From: Wenzhouxiangellaceae bacterium
GTDB taxonomy: Bacteria; Pseudomonadota; Gammaproteobacteria; Xanthomonadales; Wenzhouxiangellaceae
Length of the DNA: 64,000 nt
Assembly: GCA_039794245.1 (NCBI GenBank)
Contig: JBDIVS010000004.1
Span: forward strand, 7,109-71,108
Direction: 5' to 3'
Shown here in pieces: positions 19,027-28,469 of the stretch. The position numbers and the translations under genes were made by a program. Below the pieces are notes generated by a model. The model was given only the letters and a program-made list of their open reading frames with translations, was not told the origin of the DNA and did no database searches. Positions within the stretch are counted from its first letter, which is position 1, and every line of letters begins with the position of its first letter.

Positions 19027-19955
19027 GCGGCGCGCGGCCGATCGATGCCGCCGGCTTCGGCCGCGTCGCGGTGCTGTGCGGCGGCGAATCGGCCGAACGC
19101 GAGATTTCGCTGCTGAGCGGCGGCGCCGTGCTCGCCGCGCTCAAGGCCCGCGGCGTTACGGCGTTTACGGTGGACGGCATCGCCGGGTTAATCGCAGAGC
19201 TCGCCGCCGGCCGCCTCGATCGGGTGTTCAACATCATGCACGGCGGGGCCGGCGAAAACGGCGTCGTGCAAGGGCTGCTCGCCGCTTACAAGATTCCGTG
19301 CACCGGCTCGCCGCTCATCGGCGCGGCGCTGACGATGGACAAGATCCGGTGCAAGCAACTGTGGCGCGGCATCGGCCTGCCGACGCCGGACTATTGCGCC
19401 GTCACCGCCGCCGAGGCGGCGCCGGCGGAGCGCGTCCTGGCGGCACTCGATCTGCCGCTGATCGTCAAGCCGGCGCACGAGGGTTCGACGATCGGTACCA
19501 GCCGGGTGATGCGGCGCGCTGAACTGGCGCCGGCCCTCGCCGCCGCCTTTAGGCACGATAGCGAAGTTGTCGTTGAAACGCTGATCGCCGGAGAGGACGT
19601 TACCGTCGCGATCCTGGACGGGGCGGCCCTGCCCAGCATCCGCATCCGGCCGGCCGGCGATATTTATGATTATCACGCTAAATATGAGGCGGCCGACACG
19701 GCCTTCCACTGCCCCGGCCTGGCGGGCGACGAGGAGCGGCGGGCCGGCGAGTTGGCGCTCGCCGCGTTTCGCGCCGCCGGCGCCGGCGGTTGGGGGCGGG
19801 TCGATCTGATGCGCGACCGCGGCGGTGCGCTGTGGCTTTTGGAGGTCAACACGACGCCCGGCATGACCGATCACAGTCTGGTGCCGATGGCGGCGCACGC
19901 CGCCGGCATCGATTTCGAGGAGCTGACATGGCGCATTCTGTCGACCAGTCTGTGA
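19023..19955 (+). CDS. ddl: D-alanine--D-alanine ligase
   Basis: 310 aa. VLCGGESAEREISLLSG, an ATP-grasp core and LLEVNTTPGMT. Confidence 0.95.
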   Translation: MSGARPIDAAGFGRVAVLCGGESAEREISLLSGGAVLAALKARGVTAFTVDGIAGLIAELAAGRLDRVFNIMHGGAGENGVVQGLLAAYKIPCTGSPLIGAALTMDKIRCKQLWRGIGLPTPDYCAVTAAEAAPAERVLAALDLPLIVKPAHEGSTIGTSRVMRRAELAPALAAAFRHDSEVVVETLIAGEDVTVAILDGAALPSIRIRPAGDIYDYHAKYEAADTAFHCPGLAGDEERRAGELALAAFRAAGAGGWGRVDLMRDRGGALWLLEVNTTPGMTDHSLVPMAAHAAGIDFEELTWRILSTSL

Positions 19956-20695
19956 GTGCCGCACGCCGCACGCCGCGCTGGCGGTTCTGGTTGCCACTCG
20001 CCGCGCTGCTGCCGCTCGCCTGGCTCAGGCTCGGCCTGTGGGGCAGCGCCTGGTGGCCGGTCGCGGCTTACGAGGTTTCGGCACCGTTCCAGCGGGTCAG
20101 CGAGGAGATGGTGCAAAGGACGCTGGCGCCGTTGATCGAGCGCGGCTTTTTCGCCGCCGATTTAGCGCAGATCAGGGATGCGGTACTGGGGCTGCCGTGG
20201 GTTGCGGCGGTTGAAGTCCGGCGCCAGTGGCCCGACCGCCTGGTGCTGCGCCTCACCGAGCACACGCCGCTCGCCTACTGGAACGACGAACAACTGATCA
20301 GCCGCTCCGGGGCGTTGATCCCGCCGGCCGGCTTGAGCCGCCTGCAGGGTCTGCCGGCGCTGTACGGTCCGCCGGGCAGCGAGGAGCGTGTCATGGCGAT
20401 GTGGGCGGCGCTGCAGGGCGAGGTGCAGCGCGCCGGCTGGACGATCGCGGTGCTGCACCTCGAGGCACGCGGCAGTTGGCGGCTGACGCTTAGCAACGGC
20501 ATCCGCATCGAACTCGGCCGACGCGACATCCTCCGTCGCACCCGGCGATTGATTGCCGCGCTGCCGGCGGTGCTCGCCGCTTACCCGCAAGGCGTGGCGG
20601 CGTTCGATCTGCGTTACAGCAACGGTTTTGCGGTGCAAGGCGCGGCGGCGCAGTTGGCCGCGGGCCACGTTGTCGGGGGAGCGACCGATGGTTAG
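19928..20695 (+). CDS. ftsQ: Cell division protein FtsQ
   Basis: 255 aa from ATG 19928. TM followed by a POTRA-like block (VEVRRQWPDRLVLRLTEHTPLAYW). Confidence 0.88.
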   Translation: MAHSVDQSVSAARRTPRWRFWLPLAALLPLAWLRLGLWGSAWWPVAAYEVSAPFQRVSEEMVQRTLAPLIERGFFAADLAQIRDAVLGLPWVAAVEVRRQWPDRLVLRLTEHTPLAYWNDEQLISRSGALIPPAGLSRLQGLPALYGPPGSEERVMAMWAALQGEVQRAGWTIAVLHLEARGSWRLTLSNGIRIELGRRDILRRTRRLIAALPAVLAAYPQGVAAFDLRYSNGFAVQGAAAQLAAGHVVGGATDG

Positions 20696-21917
20696 AAAAA
20701 ACGACAAGGCACTGACCGTCGGCCTCGACATCGGGACGTATAAAACCGTCGCCGTGGTCGCCGAAGCGGACGCCGGCGGCCTGCTCGAGGTGATCGGTCT
20801 CGGTTCGCATCCGTCGCGCGGTCTCAAGCGTGGCGTCGTGGTCGATATCGAAGCCACCGAGCATTCGATCCAGCGGGCGATCGAAGAGGCCGAGCTGATG
20901 GCCGGCTGCGAAATCCGCGCCGTCTATGCCGGCATTTCGGGCAACCACATCCGCAGCCACAACTCGCACGGTATCGTCGCGATCAAGGATCAGGAAGTCA
21001 GCGAGGCCGACGTCGAGCGCGTCCTCGACGCGGCGCGCGCCGTCGCCGTCCCCGCCGACCAGCGCATCTTGCACGTCCTGCCGCAGGAATACCTGATCGA
21101 CAGCCAAGACGGCATCCGCCAGCCGGTCGGCATGTCCGGCGTCCGGTTAGAGACCTATGTCCATGTCATCACCGCGGCGCAAAGCGCGGTGCAGAACCTG
21201 ATCAAGTGCATCGCGCGTTGCGGCTTGCAGGTGGACGATCTGATCTTGCAACAGATCGCCTCGAGCCGCGCCGTGCTCAGCGAAGACGAGATGGATCTCG
21301 GCGTGGCGCTGGTCGATATCGGCGCCGGCACCTCCGATCTGGCGATTTATGCGCAAGGCGCACTGCGCCACACGGCGTGCATTCCGATCGCCGGTGACCT
21401 GGTGACCCACGACATCGCCGTCGCCCTGCGCACCCCGACGCAGCACGCCGAGGAAATCAAGATCAAGTACGCCTGCGCCGTCGAGCAACTGGCGCGCAGC
21501 GACGAGAACATCCAGGTGCCGAGCGTCGGCGAACGGCCGCCCCGCCGCCTGGCGCGCCAGGCGCTGGCCCAGGTCGTCGAGGCCCGGTACCGCGAGATCC
21601 TGACCATGATCCAGACCGAACTGCGGCGCAGCGGCTATGAAAACATAGTGCGCGCCGGTGTCGTGCTGACCGGCGGCGCGGCACGCACCGAAGGGGTCGT
21701 CGAACTCGCCGAGGAGATCTTTCACCTGCCGGTCAGGGTCGGCGTGGCGCAGGGGTTGAGCGGTCTTTCCGAAGTGCTGACCAACCCGGCGTACAGCGCC
21801 GCCGCCGGATTTTTGCTGCACGGCAGCGGCGCGGCGCGCCTGGAACTGAAGCTCGGCAGGAGTGCGGCGCGCGATGTCTTGGCGCGCTTTCGGAATTGGT
21901 TTCGCGGTGAGTTCTGA
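20688..21917 (+). CDS. ftsA: Cell division protein FtsA
   Basis: 409 aa from ATG 20688. VGLDIGTYKTVAVV and DIGAGTSDLAIY actin-like motifs. Confidence 0.95.
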   Translation: MVRKNDKALTVGLDIGTYKTVAVVAEADAGGLLEVIGLGSHPSRGLKRGVVVDIEATEHSIQRAIEEAELMAGCEIRAVYAGISGNHIRSHNSHGIVAIKDQEVSEADVERVLDAARAVAVPADQRILHVLPQEYLIDSQDGIRQPVGMSGVRLETYVHVITAAQSAVQNLIKCIARCGLQVDDLILQQIASSRAVLSEDEMDLGVALVDIGAGTSDLAIYAQGALRHTACIPIAGDLVTHDIAVALRTPTQHAEEIKIKYACAVEQLARSDENIQVPSVGERPPRRLARQALAQVVEARYREILTMIQTELRRSGYENIVRAGVVLTGGAARTEGVVELAEEIFHLPVRVGVAQGLSGLSEVLTNPAYSAAAGFLLHGSGAARLELKLGRSAARDVLARFRNWFRGEF

Positions 21918-22072
21918 GATGGAATTTGTACAGCGGGGAGCGCCGGGTCACCCGGCACTCCCTGATGGCGGCAGGGCCGAATCGAATCCCGCCGGCCGGG
22001 GTTGGATCGATGCCGCAGTGGGTGCCGGCCGGCAGGCCGGGAGGATGACGGGCGTAACACAGGAGACAGGCC

Positions 22073-23224
22073 ATGTTTGAAATTGTAGAAAACTTTTCGC
22101 CGAACGCGGTGATCAAGGTCATCGGCGTCGGCGGCGGCGGCGGCAATGCCGTCAACCAGATGGTCGAAGCGGCGATCGAAGGCGTCGATTTTTTCAGTGT
22201 CAACACCGACGCCCAGGCGCTGCGCAATTTCAAGGGCAAGAACACGCTGCACATCGGCAACAGCGTGACCAAGGGTCTGGGGGCCGGAGCCAACCCCGAA
22301 ATCGGCCGCCAGGCGGCGCTCGAGGACCGCGACCGTATCGTCGAAATCCTCAAGGGCACCGACATGGTGTTCATCACCGCCGGCATGGGCGGCGGGACCG
22401 GCACCGGCGCGGCGCCGGAAATCGCCAAGGTCGCCAAGGAATTGAACGTGCTGACCGTCGCCGTGGTGACCAAGCCCTTTCCTTTCGAGGGCCAGCGACG
22501 CATGGCGGTGGCGTTGAAGGGCATGGACGAGTTGAGCCGCCACGTCGATTCGCTGATCACGATCCCGAACGCCAAACTGCTCAGCGTGCTGGGTGGCGAG
22601 ATCAGCCTGGTCAATGCCTTCCGCACCGCCAATCAGGTATTGAGCGGTGCGGTCCAGGGCATTTCCGATCTGATCACCCGCCAGGGCCTGATCAACGTCG
22701 ATTTCGCCGATGTCCGGACCGTGATGTCGGAAATGGGCATGGCAATGATGGGTGCCGGGCAGGCGCGCGGTGAAGACCGGGCGTTGAATGCGGTCAACCT
22801 GGCGATCGGCAGCCCGCTGCTCGAGGACATCAACCTCACCGGGGCGTTCGGCCTTCTGGTCAACGTCACCGCCGGGATGAACCTGACGATGAAGGAGTTC
22901 GAGGATATCGGCAGCGTCATCAACGATCTGGCCTCCGAGGAAGCCACGGTGGTGATCGGCGCGGTGATCGACCCCGAGATGGACGACGACCTTCGGGTGA
23001 CGGTGGTGGCCACCGGTCTTGGCCAGCAACGGCGGGTGCCGGCCGACCCGGCCCCGTCTTTGCAGGTGGTCAAGCCGCAGGTCCGCCGCCAGGTGGCCGC
23101 CGGCGGCATGGGGCGCGGCGCGGCGCTGGCCGAGACGCACAGCGATCTGTTCACCAGCGACGGCCGCGACGAGCGTCTCGAACTCATCGATATCCCGGCC
23201 TTTTTGCGCCGCCAGATCGACTGA
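22073..23224 (+). CDS. ftsZ: Cell division GTPase FtsZ
   Basis: 383 aa. GVGGGGGNAVN, GMGGGTGTGAAP, and a C-terminal DIPAFLRRQ tail. Confidence 0.98.
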   Translation: MFEIVENFSPNAVIKVIGVGGGGGNAVNQMVEAAIEGVDFFSVNTDAQALRNFKGKNTLHIGNSVTKGLGAGANPEIGRQAALEDRDRIVEILKGTDMVFITAGMGGGTGTGAAPEIAKVAKELNVLTVAVVTKPFPFEGQRRMAVALKGMDELSRHVDSLITIPNAKLLSVLGGEISLVNAFRTANQVLSGAVQGISDLITRQGLINVDFADVRTVMSEMGMAMMGAGQARGEDRALNAVNLAIGSPLLEDINLTGAFGLLVNVTAGMNLTMKEFEDIGSVINDLASEEATVVIGAVIDPEMDDDLRVTVVATGLGQQRRVPADPAPSLQVVKPQVRRQVAAGGMGRGAALAETHSDLFTSDGRDERLELIDIPAFLRRQID

Positions 23225-23234
23225 TAGCCATGGC

Positions 23235-23256
23235 GGCGCCCCTGCCGTGGGGCGCC
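23235..23256 (+). terminator. GC-rich hairpin downstream of ftsZ (possible attenuator or terminator, no U-tract)
   Basis: GGCGCCCC-tgccgt-GGGGCGCC, an 8-bp stem 11 nt after the ftsZ stop. A second 9-bp hairpin (GGGTGCGGG...CCCGCACCC) follows. Confidence 0.3.
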
Positions 23257-23466
23257 GGCGGCGACGCCCGGTGGGTGCGGGATCGGCCCCCCGCACCCGG
23301 TTCAGTCGCCGTTCATCGCCGCCCGCTAGGCTTGCCCGGCGCGTTGCAGGAAGCCGTTTGGCGCAACGCCCGCCGCACAACGATGAGAGGAGCGGATGGA
23401 CTTGCGAAACCTTCCCGGCCTCTCCGGCTGTGCTATCATTATTAATTAAACTAGGGGGTACCCCAG

Positions 23467-24378
23467 GTGATCCAGCAAAGAACACTGAAAAACGTGATCC
23501 GCGCCACGGGCTTGGGCATCCATTCCGGCAAGAAGGTCTTTCTGACATTACGCCCCGCGGCGGCCAACACCGGCATCGTGTTCCGCCGCGTCGATCTCGA
23601 CCCGGCGGTCGAAATCAAAGCCTGTCCCGAGAACGTCGGCGACACCCGGATGTCCACATCCCTGGCCCGCGGCGGGGTGCGGATCGCCACCGTCGAACAT
23701 CTGCTCTCGGCCTTCGCCGGGCTCGGCATCGACAATGCCTATGTCGATGTCACCGACGAAGAGCTGCCGATCATGGACGGCAGCGCCGGGCCGTTCGTGT
23801 TTCTGCTCCAGTCGGCTGGGGTTTCGGAACAGAAGGCGCCGAAACGCTTCTTGCGCATACTTAAAACGCTCGAGGTCCACCTCGATGACCGCTGGGCGCG
23901 GTTCGAGCCGTTCGACGGCTTCAAGGTGAGCTTCGAGATCCAGTTCAACCACCCGCTGTTCAACGAGAACAACTGCCGCGCCGAAATCGATTTTTCGACA
24001 ACCTCGTTTTTGAAGGAAGTGGCGCGGGCCCGGACTTTCGGTTTCATGCGCGACCTCGAGGCCCTGCGCCAGCGCAACCTGGCGCTCGGCGGCAGCATGG
24101 ATAACGCCGTGGTCCTCGACGATTACCGGGTGCTGAACCAGGATGGGCTGCGCTACCGCGACGAATTCGTCAAGCACAAGGTGCTCGACGCGATCGGCGA
24201 TCTATACCTGCTCGGCCGCGGCCTGATCGGTTCGTTTGCCGGCTATAAATCCGGCCACGAGTTGAACAACCTGTTGCTGCGGACCTTGTTGGCGCGGCCC
24301 GATGTCTGGGAGGAGTTGGTGTTCGACGATCCCACCGCGGTGCCGATTTCGTATCTGCACCCGGCCCAGGCTGGCTGA
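23467..24378 (+). CDS. lpxC: UDP-3-O-acyl-N-acetylglucosamine deacetylase
   Basis: 303 aa. Starts [34 protein letters not shown] motif. GTG start. Confidence 0.96.
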   Translation: MIQQRTLKNVIRATGLGIHSGKKVFLTLRPAAANTGIVFRRVDLDPAVEIKACPENVGDTRMSTSLARGGVRIATVEHLLSAFAGLGIDNAYVDVTDEELPIMDGSAGPFVFLLQSAGVSEQKAPKRFLRILKTLEVHLDDRWARFEPFDGFKVSFEIQFNHPLFNENNCRAEIDFSTTSFLKEVARARTFGFMRDLEALRQRNLALGGSMDNAVVLDDYRVLNQDGLRYRDEFVKHKVLDAIGDLYLLGRGLIGSFAGYKSGHELNNLLLRTLLARPDVWEELVFDDPTAVPISYLHPAQAG

Positions 24379-24655
24379 TCGTTCCACGCTCCGCACTGTC
24401 CATACGTTCTGCCGGAAGCGGCTCGGCTGGACGATAGGCGATGATTCAGGGCGCAGAGATCCCGGAATCGGCGGTGCACTCATGCGATCGGCAATCGTGC
24501 TATGATCGCTCAGGCACCCGGTTCATGTGGATCGGGGGGACGGCTCGGGTCAGGATGACTGGACACCGGCCTTCCGGTGCTGCAACTCCGGGGCTTGCGC
24601 AAGGGGAAGCCCCGGGGTCCGGGTGCCCCTTCCGCTTTCCCCGTCTCGCTCCACC

Positions 24656-25654
24656 TCACCGATTCGCCGCCCGCGGCAGAATGAAGACCGCCCGGTCGAG
24701 CCGTTCGGCCGGCGGCAGGTCGCTCTCGTCCTCGCCTGCGGCGCCGCCCGGGGCCGGCAAGACCAGCCGGTAGCGGGCGATATCGAGGCGAAAGCCGTGG
24801 TCGCCGCGCGCCACTTCCACCACGCTGTAGAAACCGGCCCCGCCGCCTGCCGACGCTTGACACCCCGCGGTCCGCAATGCCAGGGCGCCGCCCTCGATCG
24901 TCCGGAATGTACAAAGGAACCAGTCGGCGCCGTCGCCGTGGAGCACCAGTTCGACGCCGCCGGCGAGCAGCGTCGGAGTCCAATCGCCGCCCCCCGCAGC
25001 CGGCGCCGGACCGGCGCCGGGCGGCGCGCCGGGCGCGTGCTGGCACAGCACGATGCGGCACAGGCCAGCTTGCCCGGCGCGCTGCAACAAGTCCTCTAGC
25101 CGCTGCATTTGCCGGCCGCGGCTCACCGGTTCGGCGGCCGGCCATGGCGGCAGGCCGATGATCGCCGCCGGGCCGCGCTGCCGCCACCACGGATACGGTT
25201 CGGCCGCGCCGCGGCCGTGGTCGCTGCAAATCCACGGCAGCCATTGTTGCTGCGTATGGCTCCAGTTGGCATGCGCTGTGATATCGCCGCCACCGGGCAC
25301 GACGGCGACGTGGTCGGTGGCGGCGACGCTTTCGAGCCAGCGTCGTGCCTGGTGGTATTCGACCGGCTGGCCGAGGCAGGTCAGGGGGCCGTTGATCAGC
25401 CAGCCGGCAGGGTTGTGGCGGCGGGCGTCGGCGACCAACCGGTCGGCGATACGGCGCGCTTCGAGACCGCTGCTGCGGCGATCGGCCAGGTAGCGCCGGA
25501 AATGGGCGCTCAACAGGCCGCCCGGCGCCGGCGTCGGGCGCGTCAGGCGCGGCGCGGCAAGGTGCACCAGGCGCAGCGCCGCAGCGGCGCTTTTCGGCGA
25601 CGGAGGGTTCACTGCTCGTTTATCGGCATCGGGAGTCCTGGTAGCGTGACCCAT
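24656..25654 (-). CDS. Metallophosphoesterase-like protein with degenerate metal-binding motifs
   Basis: 332 aa. The block order LVHLAAP / INGPL / VVPGGGD / IVLCQHAP / LVLHGDG parallels the calcineurin-like motifs, but most ligand residues are replaced. Last gene of a minus-strand operon. Confidence 0.45.
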   Translation of the reverse strand: MGHATRTPDADKRAVNPPSPKSAAAALRLVHLAAPRLTRPTPAPGGLLSAHFRRYLADRRSSGLEARRIADRLVADARRHNPAGWLINGPLTCLGQPVEYHQARRWLESVAATDHVAVVPGGGDITAHANWSHTQQQWLPWICSDHGRGAAEPYPWWRQRGPAAIIGLPPWPAAEPVSRGRQMQRLEDLLQRAGQAGLCRIVLCQHAPGAPPGAGPAPAAGGGDWTPTLLAGGVELVLHGDGADWFLCTFRTIEGGALALRTAGCQASAGGGAGFYSVVEVARGDHGFRLDIARYRLVLPAPGGAAGEDESDLPPAERLDRAVFILPRAANR

Positions 25655-25685
25655 GGATGTCGCTGGTTGTACCGAAATCCATGGC

Positions 25686-26636
25686 TCACGGGGCCAGCAC
25701 CATGCCGCGCGCCGGCGTCAGCCGCCGTCCCTCGCGATCGGTAAACGAGAACGGCAACGATTCGAGGCGCATACCGGCGTTGCGCTGGATCGCAAAATGC
25801 AGGTGCGGGCCGGAGCTGAAGCCGGTATTCCCGGAGTGGCCGATGATCTCGCCGGCGAGCACGATCTCGCCGCGCCGAATGACGGCGCTTTCCGGTGCGA
25901 GGTGGGCGTAGAGCGCCATCGTCCCGTCCTCGTGCAGGACGAGGATCCGGTTGGCCCGCTCGCCGTAGCGCTTGATATCCAGCCCGCCCTCGAAAAAATC
26001 GTCCTCGACATCGACGATCAGTCCGTCGCGGGCGGCGCTGATCGGCGTGCCCTCAGGCATCGGAATATCCACCGCATAGCGCGAATCGGCTGTCAGGTGG
26101 GTGACGCCGCCTTCGAAACCCTGGCTGATCGCGAAACGATGGCCGGGGGGGAACGGCGGCAGGTAGTGGGCCGCCGGGTCATGGCGCGCTGCCGGGTCGC
26201 CCGGCACGGCGCTGGCCGTCAGGCGATAGCGGTAACCGGAAGCCGGATCGCGGGCCTCGATCGTCACCAGTGGGCCGCGAAAGCGCGGGGCCAGCACGAA
26301 GCGGTGCGGCAGGGCCGGGTTCGTGGTGACGTTGCCGGCCTCTTCCAGGTGCACCTCGACTTGCAGCGGGCCGTAGAGCAGGTTTTCAAACAGCGCTGAG
26401 GTGACGCCGTTTTCGGTTTCATTTTTGATCCTAAGCTTCGGCTCCGGTTCGACCCGCATCGGGCGCGCGGTGACCGGCCGGTCGGTCTTTGGCGGCACGT
26501 CGCTCAGGTGGACGATGCCGTTCTCATCGGTGTATTGGTAGATTTGCCGGGCGGCGGCGGGGAGCGCCGCCGCCCAGAGCAGCACGGCGCCGGCGATGAA
26601 GGTGATGGTTCCGGTATTCGCTCCGGCGCCGTTCAT
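25686..26636 (-). CDS. M23 family metallopeptidase with N-terminal DUF4124
   Basis: 316 aa. Signal peptide, IYQYTDENGIVHLSDVPP (DUF4124), and C-terminal HEDGTMALYAHL...GHSGNTGFSSGPHLHFAI (M23). Confidence 0.88.
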   Translation of the reverse strand: MNGAGANTGTITFIAGAVLLWAAALPAAARQIYQYTDENGIVHLSDVPPKTDRPVTARPMRVEPEPKLRIKNETENGVTSALFENLLYGPLQVEVHLEEAGNVTTNPALPHRFVLAPRFRGPLVTIEARDPASGYRYRLTASAVPGDPAARHDPAAHYLPPFPPGHRFAISQGFEGGVTHLTADSRYAVDIPMPEGTPISAARDGLIVDVEDDFFEGGLDIKRYGERANRILVLHEDGTMALYAHLAPESAVIRRGEIVLAGEIIGHSGNTGFSSGPHLHFAIQRNAGMRLESLPFSFTDREGRRLTPARGMVLAP

Positions 26637-26651
26637 CCCGATTCGTCCGTC

Positions 26652-28400
26652 TCATTGCGCTGCGAAGGTGACCGTTTGTTCCAGCCGCAGGCCGCGGTCT
26701 CCGGCCCGGACGACGAGGTGTTCGCGGTCGAGCAGCGCCAGCAGGCGGTGCATGCTGGCGAGCGTCGCTTGTTGCTCGGCGGTGAGATCTTCCTCCACAG
26801 GGCAGTCGGGGGCGCAGGTGGCGGCCGCCTCCTCGCCGGCGCGCGCTGCATAGTCGATCATTGCCTTGTCGATGACGTCGCCGAGTAGGCGATAGTCAAA
26901 ACCGTAGGCAGCGAGCGTCCGGCTGCCTTCGGGCAGCGATCCGAGCCGGGAGGGCAGAGCTAAGACCGCTGCCTCGCCGCGTGCCAGGCCGATCGCGTGG
27001 TCGCTCATCGCCGCGAAGACCGGCGGATCGCTGAGTCCGGTCAGCGTGTCCGGCAAGGGCACCGGGTCGCCGCCGGCGGTCAGCTCGACCGCCGCCAGTG
27101 CCGGCACGAACATCTGCGCCATGCCGTAAAGCAGTGCCGGATGATCGATATGCACCGTCAGGTGGCCCAGGCTGTCCGGCTCTGCGCTGAAGTCGCCGGG
27201 CAGGCGGTCGAGGGCCAGCGAAATTCCGTGCAGATTGCCGACGGCCGGTGGAATCGGCGTATTGGCGGCGGTGACGATCTGCTCGGCGGTCGAATTGAGA
27301 TAGGAGAACGGTGGGCAGGTCCAGGGATCGGCATTGGTGTCGCGCGCCAGGCGCAGGACGAAATCGCGCAGCGCACCGAGGCGCAGTGAAAGACTCGTTT
27401 GAAACGGCGCGCCGCCCGCTTCGAGGTCCGGGGCCCCGCCGCTCATTTTGATGAAATCGGCGGCCAGATCCGGACGAAAAGTGATGTCGGAGACCATCGT
27501 CATCTGCCGGCGGCCAGCGCTGGTCAGCGCAAAATCGAGGCGCGGCATGAGCCCCAGCAACTCGCCCAATTCGTCCTGGCAGGGCGGGGCGGTCAATGCG
27601 GCCCATTCGGGATCGGTGGCGATTTCGGTGGTGAACGGGCCATCGGCGGCGAGCAAGCCGCTCGCCAGTGCGGGCGGCAAAACGTAACCGAATTCGTAAA
27701 GCGGCCGGCCATCTTTCCCGGCCTGGGCGGTGAGCGCCGCGGCATCCATTGCCGGGGATGGCACGGTCAGGCCTAGGGCGAGCTCCAGGGCTGGTGAATC
27801 GTCCCGGTCGGGCAACAGGGCGTAGGTGGCGTGCCGGTCAGTAAAGCGGAAATAAAGCGCCGCGCCGTCGGCCGGCAGTTTGTATGCCGCAGCTCCACCG
27901 ATCTCGATCGCGGTGGGCTCGGCGCCCGCCTTACGGAATTGTTCCAGCACCCAAGATTCCGCCCGCGATGTGTCGCGGACCTCGTGGCGGAATACCGGCA
28001 GCTGCGGTGCCCCGTACAGCGCCCATAACACTTCATCGTCCAGCCCTGCGGTCTTGGCCCGCTCGGGGTCGTAAACCGCCGCCAGCGCCTGATAGAAAGC
28101 GATCAAGCCCTGCCCGAATGGCTCGGCTTCGCCGGTCATGCCGGCCGTGAACTGGGCCGCGGCGGCCGGCAGTAATTGCTCGCCGAGCAGCGTTCTGAAA
28201 TCGCGGGGAAAAGGTTCGAGGCTGGCGAGCAGGTACGGCGTATCGGCCGGGATGGCGGCCAGCAGCGCCGCCTGGCGGGCGGTAAGTTCGCTCTTGTCGC
28301 TCCGGCAGCCGGCTAGCGCCGCCAGTGCGAGGACAACAACGAGGGCGGCGGCAAGGGCGCTGGCCGGGCGGGAGTGGCGGATGAAAGCGATCGTGTTCAT
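26652..28400 (-). CDS. Hypothetical lipoprotein
   Basis: About 582 aa. Lipobox LAALAGC after a signal peptide. AGGAG precedes ATG 28400, while the track ORF starts 4 codons earlier. No family recognised. Confidence 0.7.
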   Translation of the reverse strand: MNTIAFIRHSRPASALAAALVVVLALAALAGCRSDKSELTARQAALLAAIPADTPYLLASLEPFPRDFRTLLGEQLLPAAAAQFTAGMTGEAEPFGQGLIAFYQALAAVYDPERAKTAGLDDEVLWALYGAPQLPVFRHEVRDTSRAESWVLEQFRKAGAEPTAIEIGGAAAYKLPADGAALYFRFTDRHATYALLPDRDDSPALELALGLTVPSPAMDAAALTAQAGKDGRPLYEFGYVLPPALASGLLAADGPFTTEIATDPEWAALTAPPCQDELGELLGLMPRLDFALTSAGRRQMTMVSDITFRPDLAADFIKMSGGAPDLEAGGAPFQTSLSLRLGALRDFVLRLARDTNADPWTCPPFSYLNSTAEQIVTAANTPIPPAVGNLHGISLALDRLPGDFSAEPDSLGHLTVHIDHPALLYGMAQMFVPALAAVELTAGGDPVPLPDTLTGLSDPPVFAAMSDHAIGLARGEAAVLALPSRLGSLPEGSRTLAAYGFDYRLLGDVIDKAMIDYAARAGEEAAATCAPDCPVEEDLTAEQQATLASMHRLLALLDREHLVVRAGDRGLRLEQTVTFAAQ

Positions 28401-28417
28401 GGTACTCCTCATGATAT

Positions 28418-28437
28418 TTAGTGTGCTATAACACTAA
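28418..28437. promoter_or_regulatory. AT-rich palindrome TTAGTGT-n6-ACACTAA upstream of the lipoprotein operon
   Basis: 7-bp perfect inverted repeat with a 6-bp spacer, 18-37 nt upstream of ATG 28400 and 33 nt downstream of the pntB stop. Confidence 0.3.
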
Positions 28438-28469
28438 CACACAACGCCGATTGCCGCAAGCCGCCCTGC

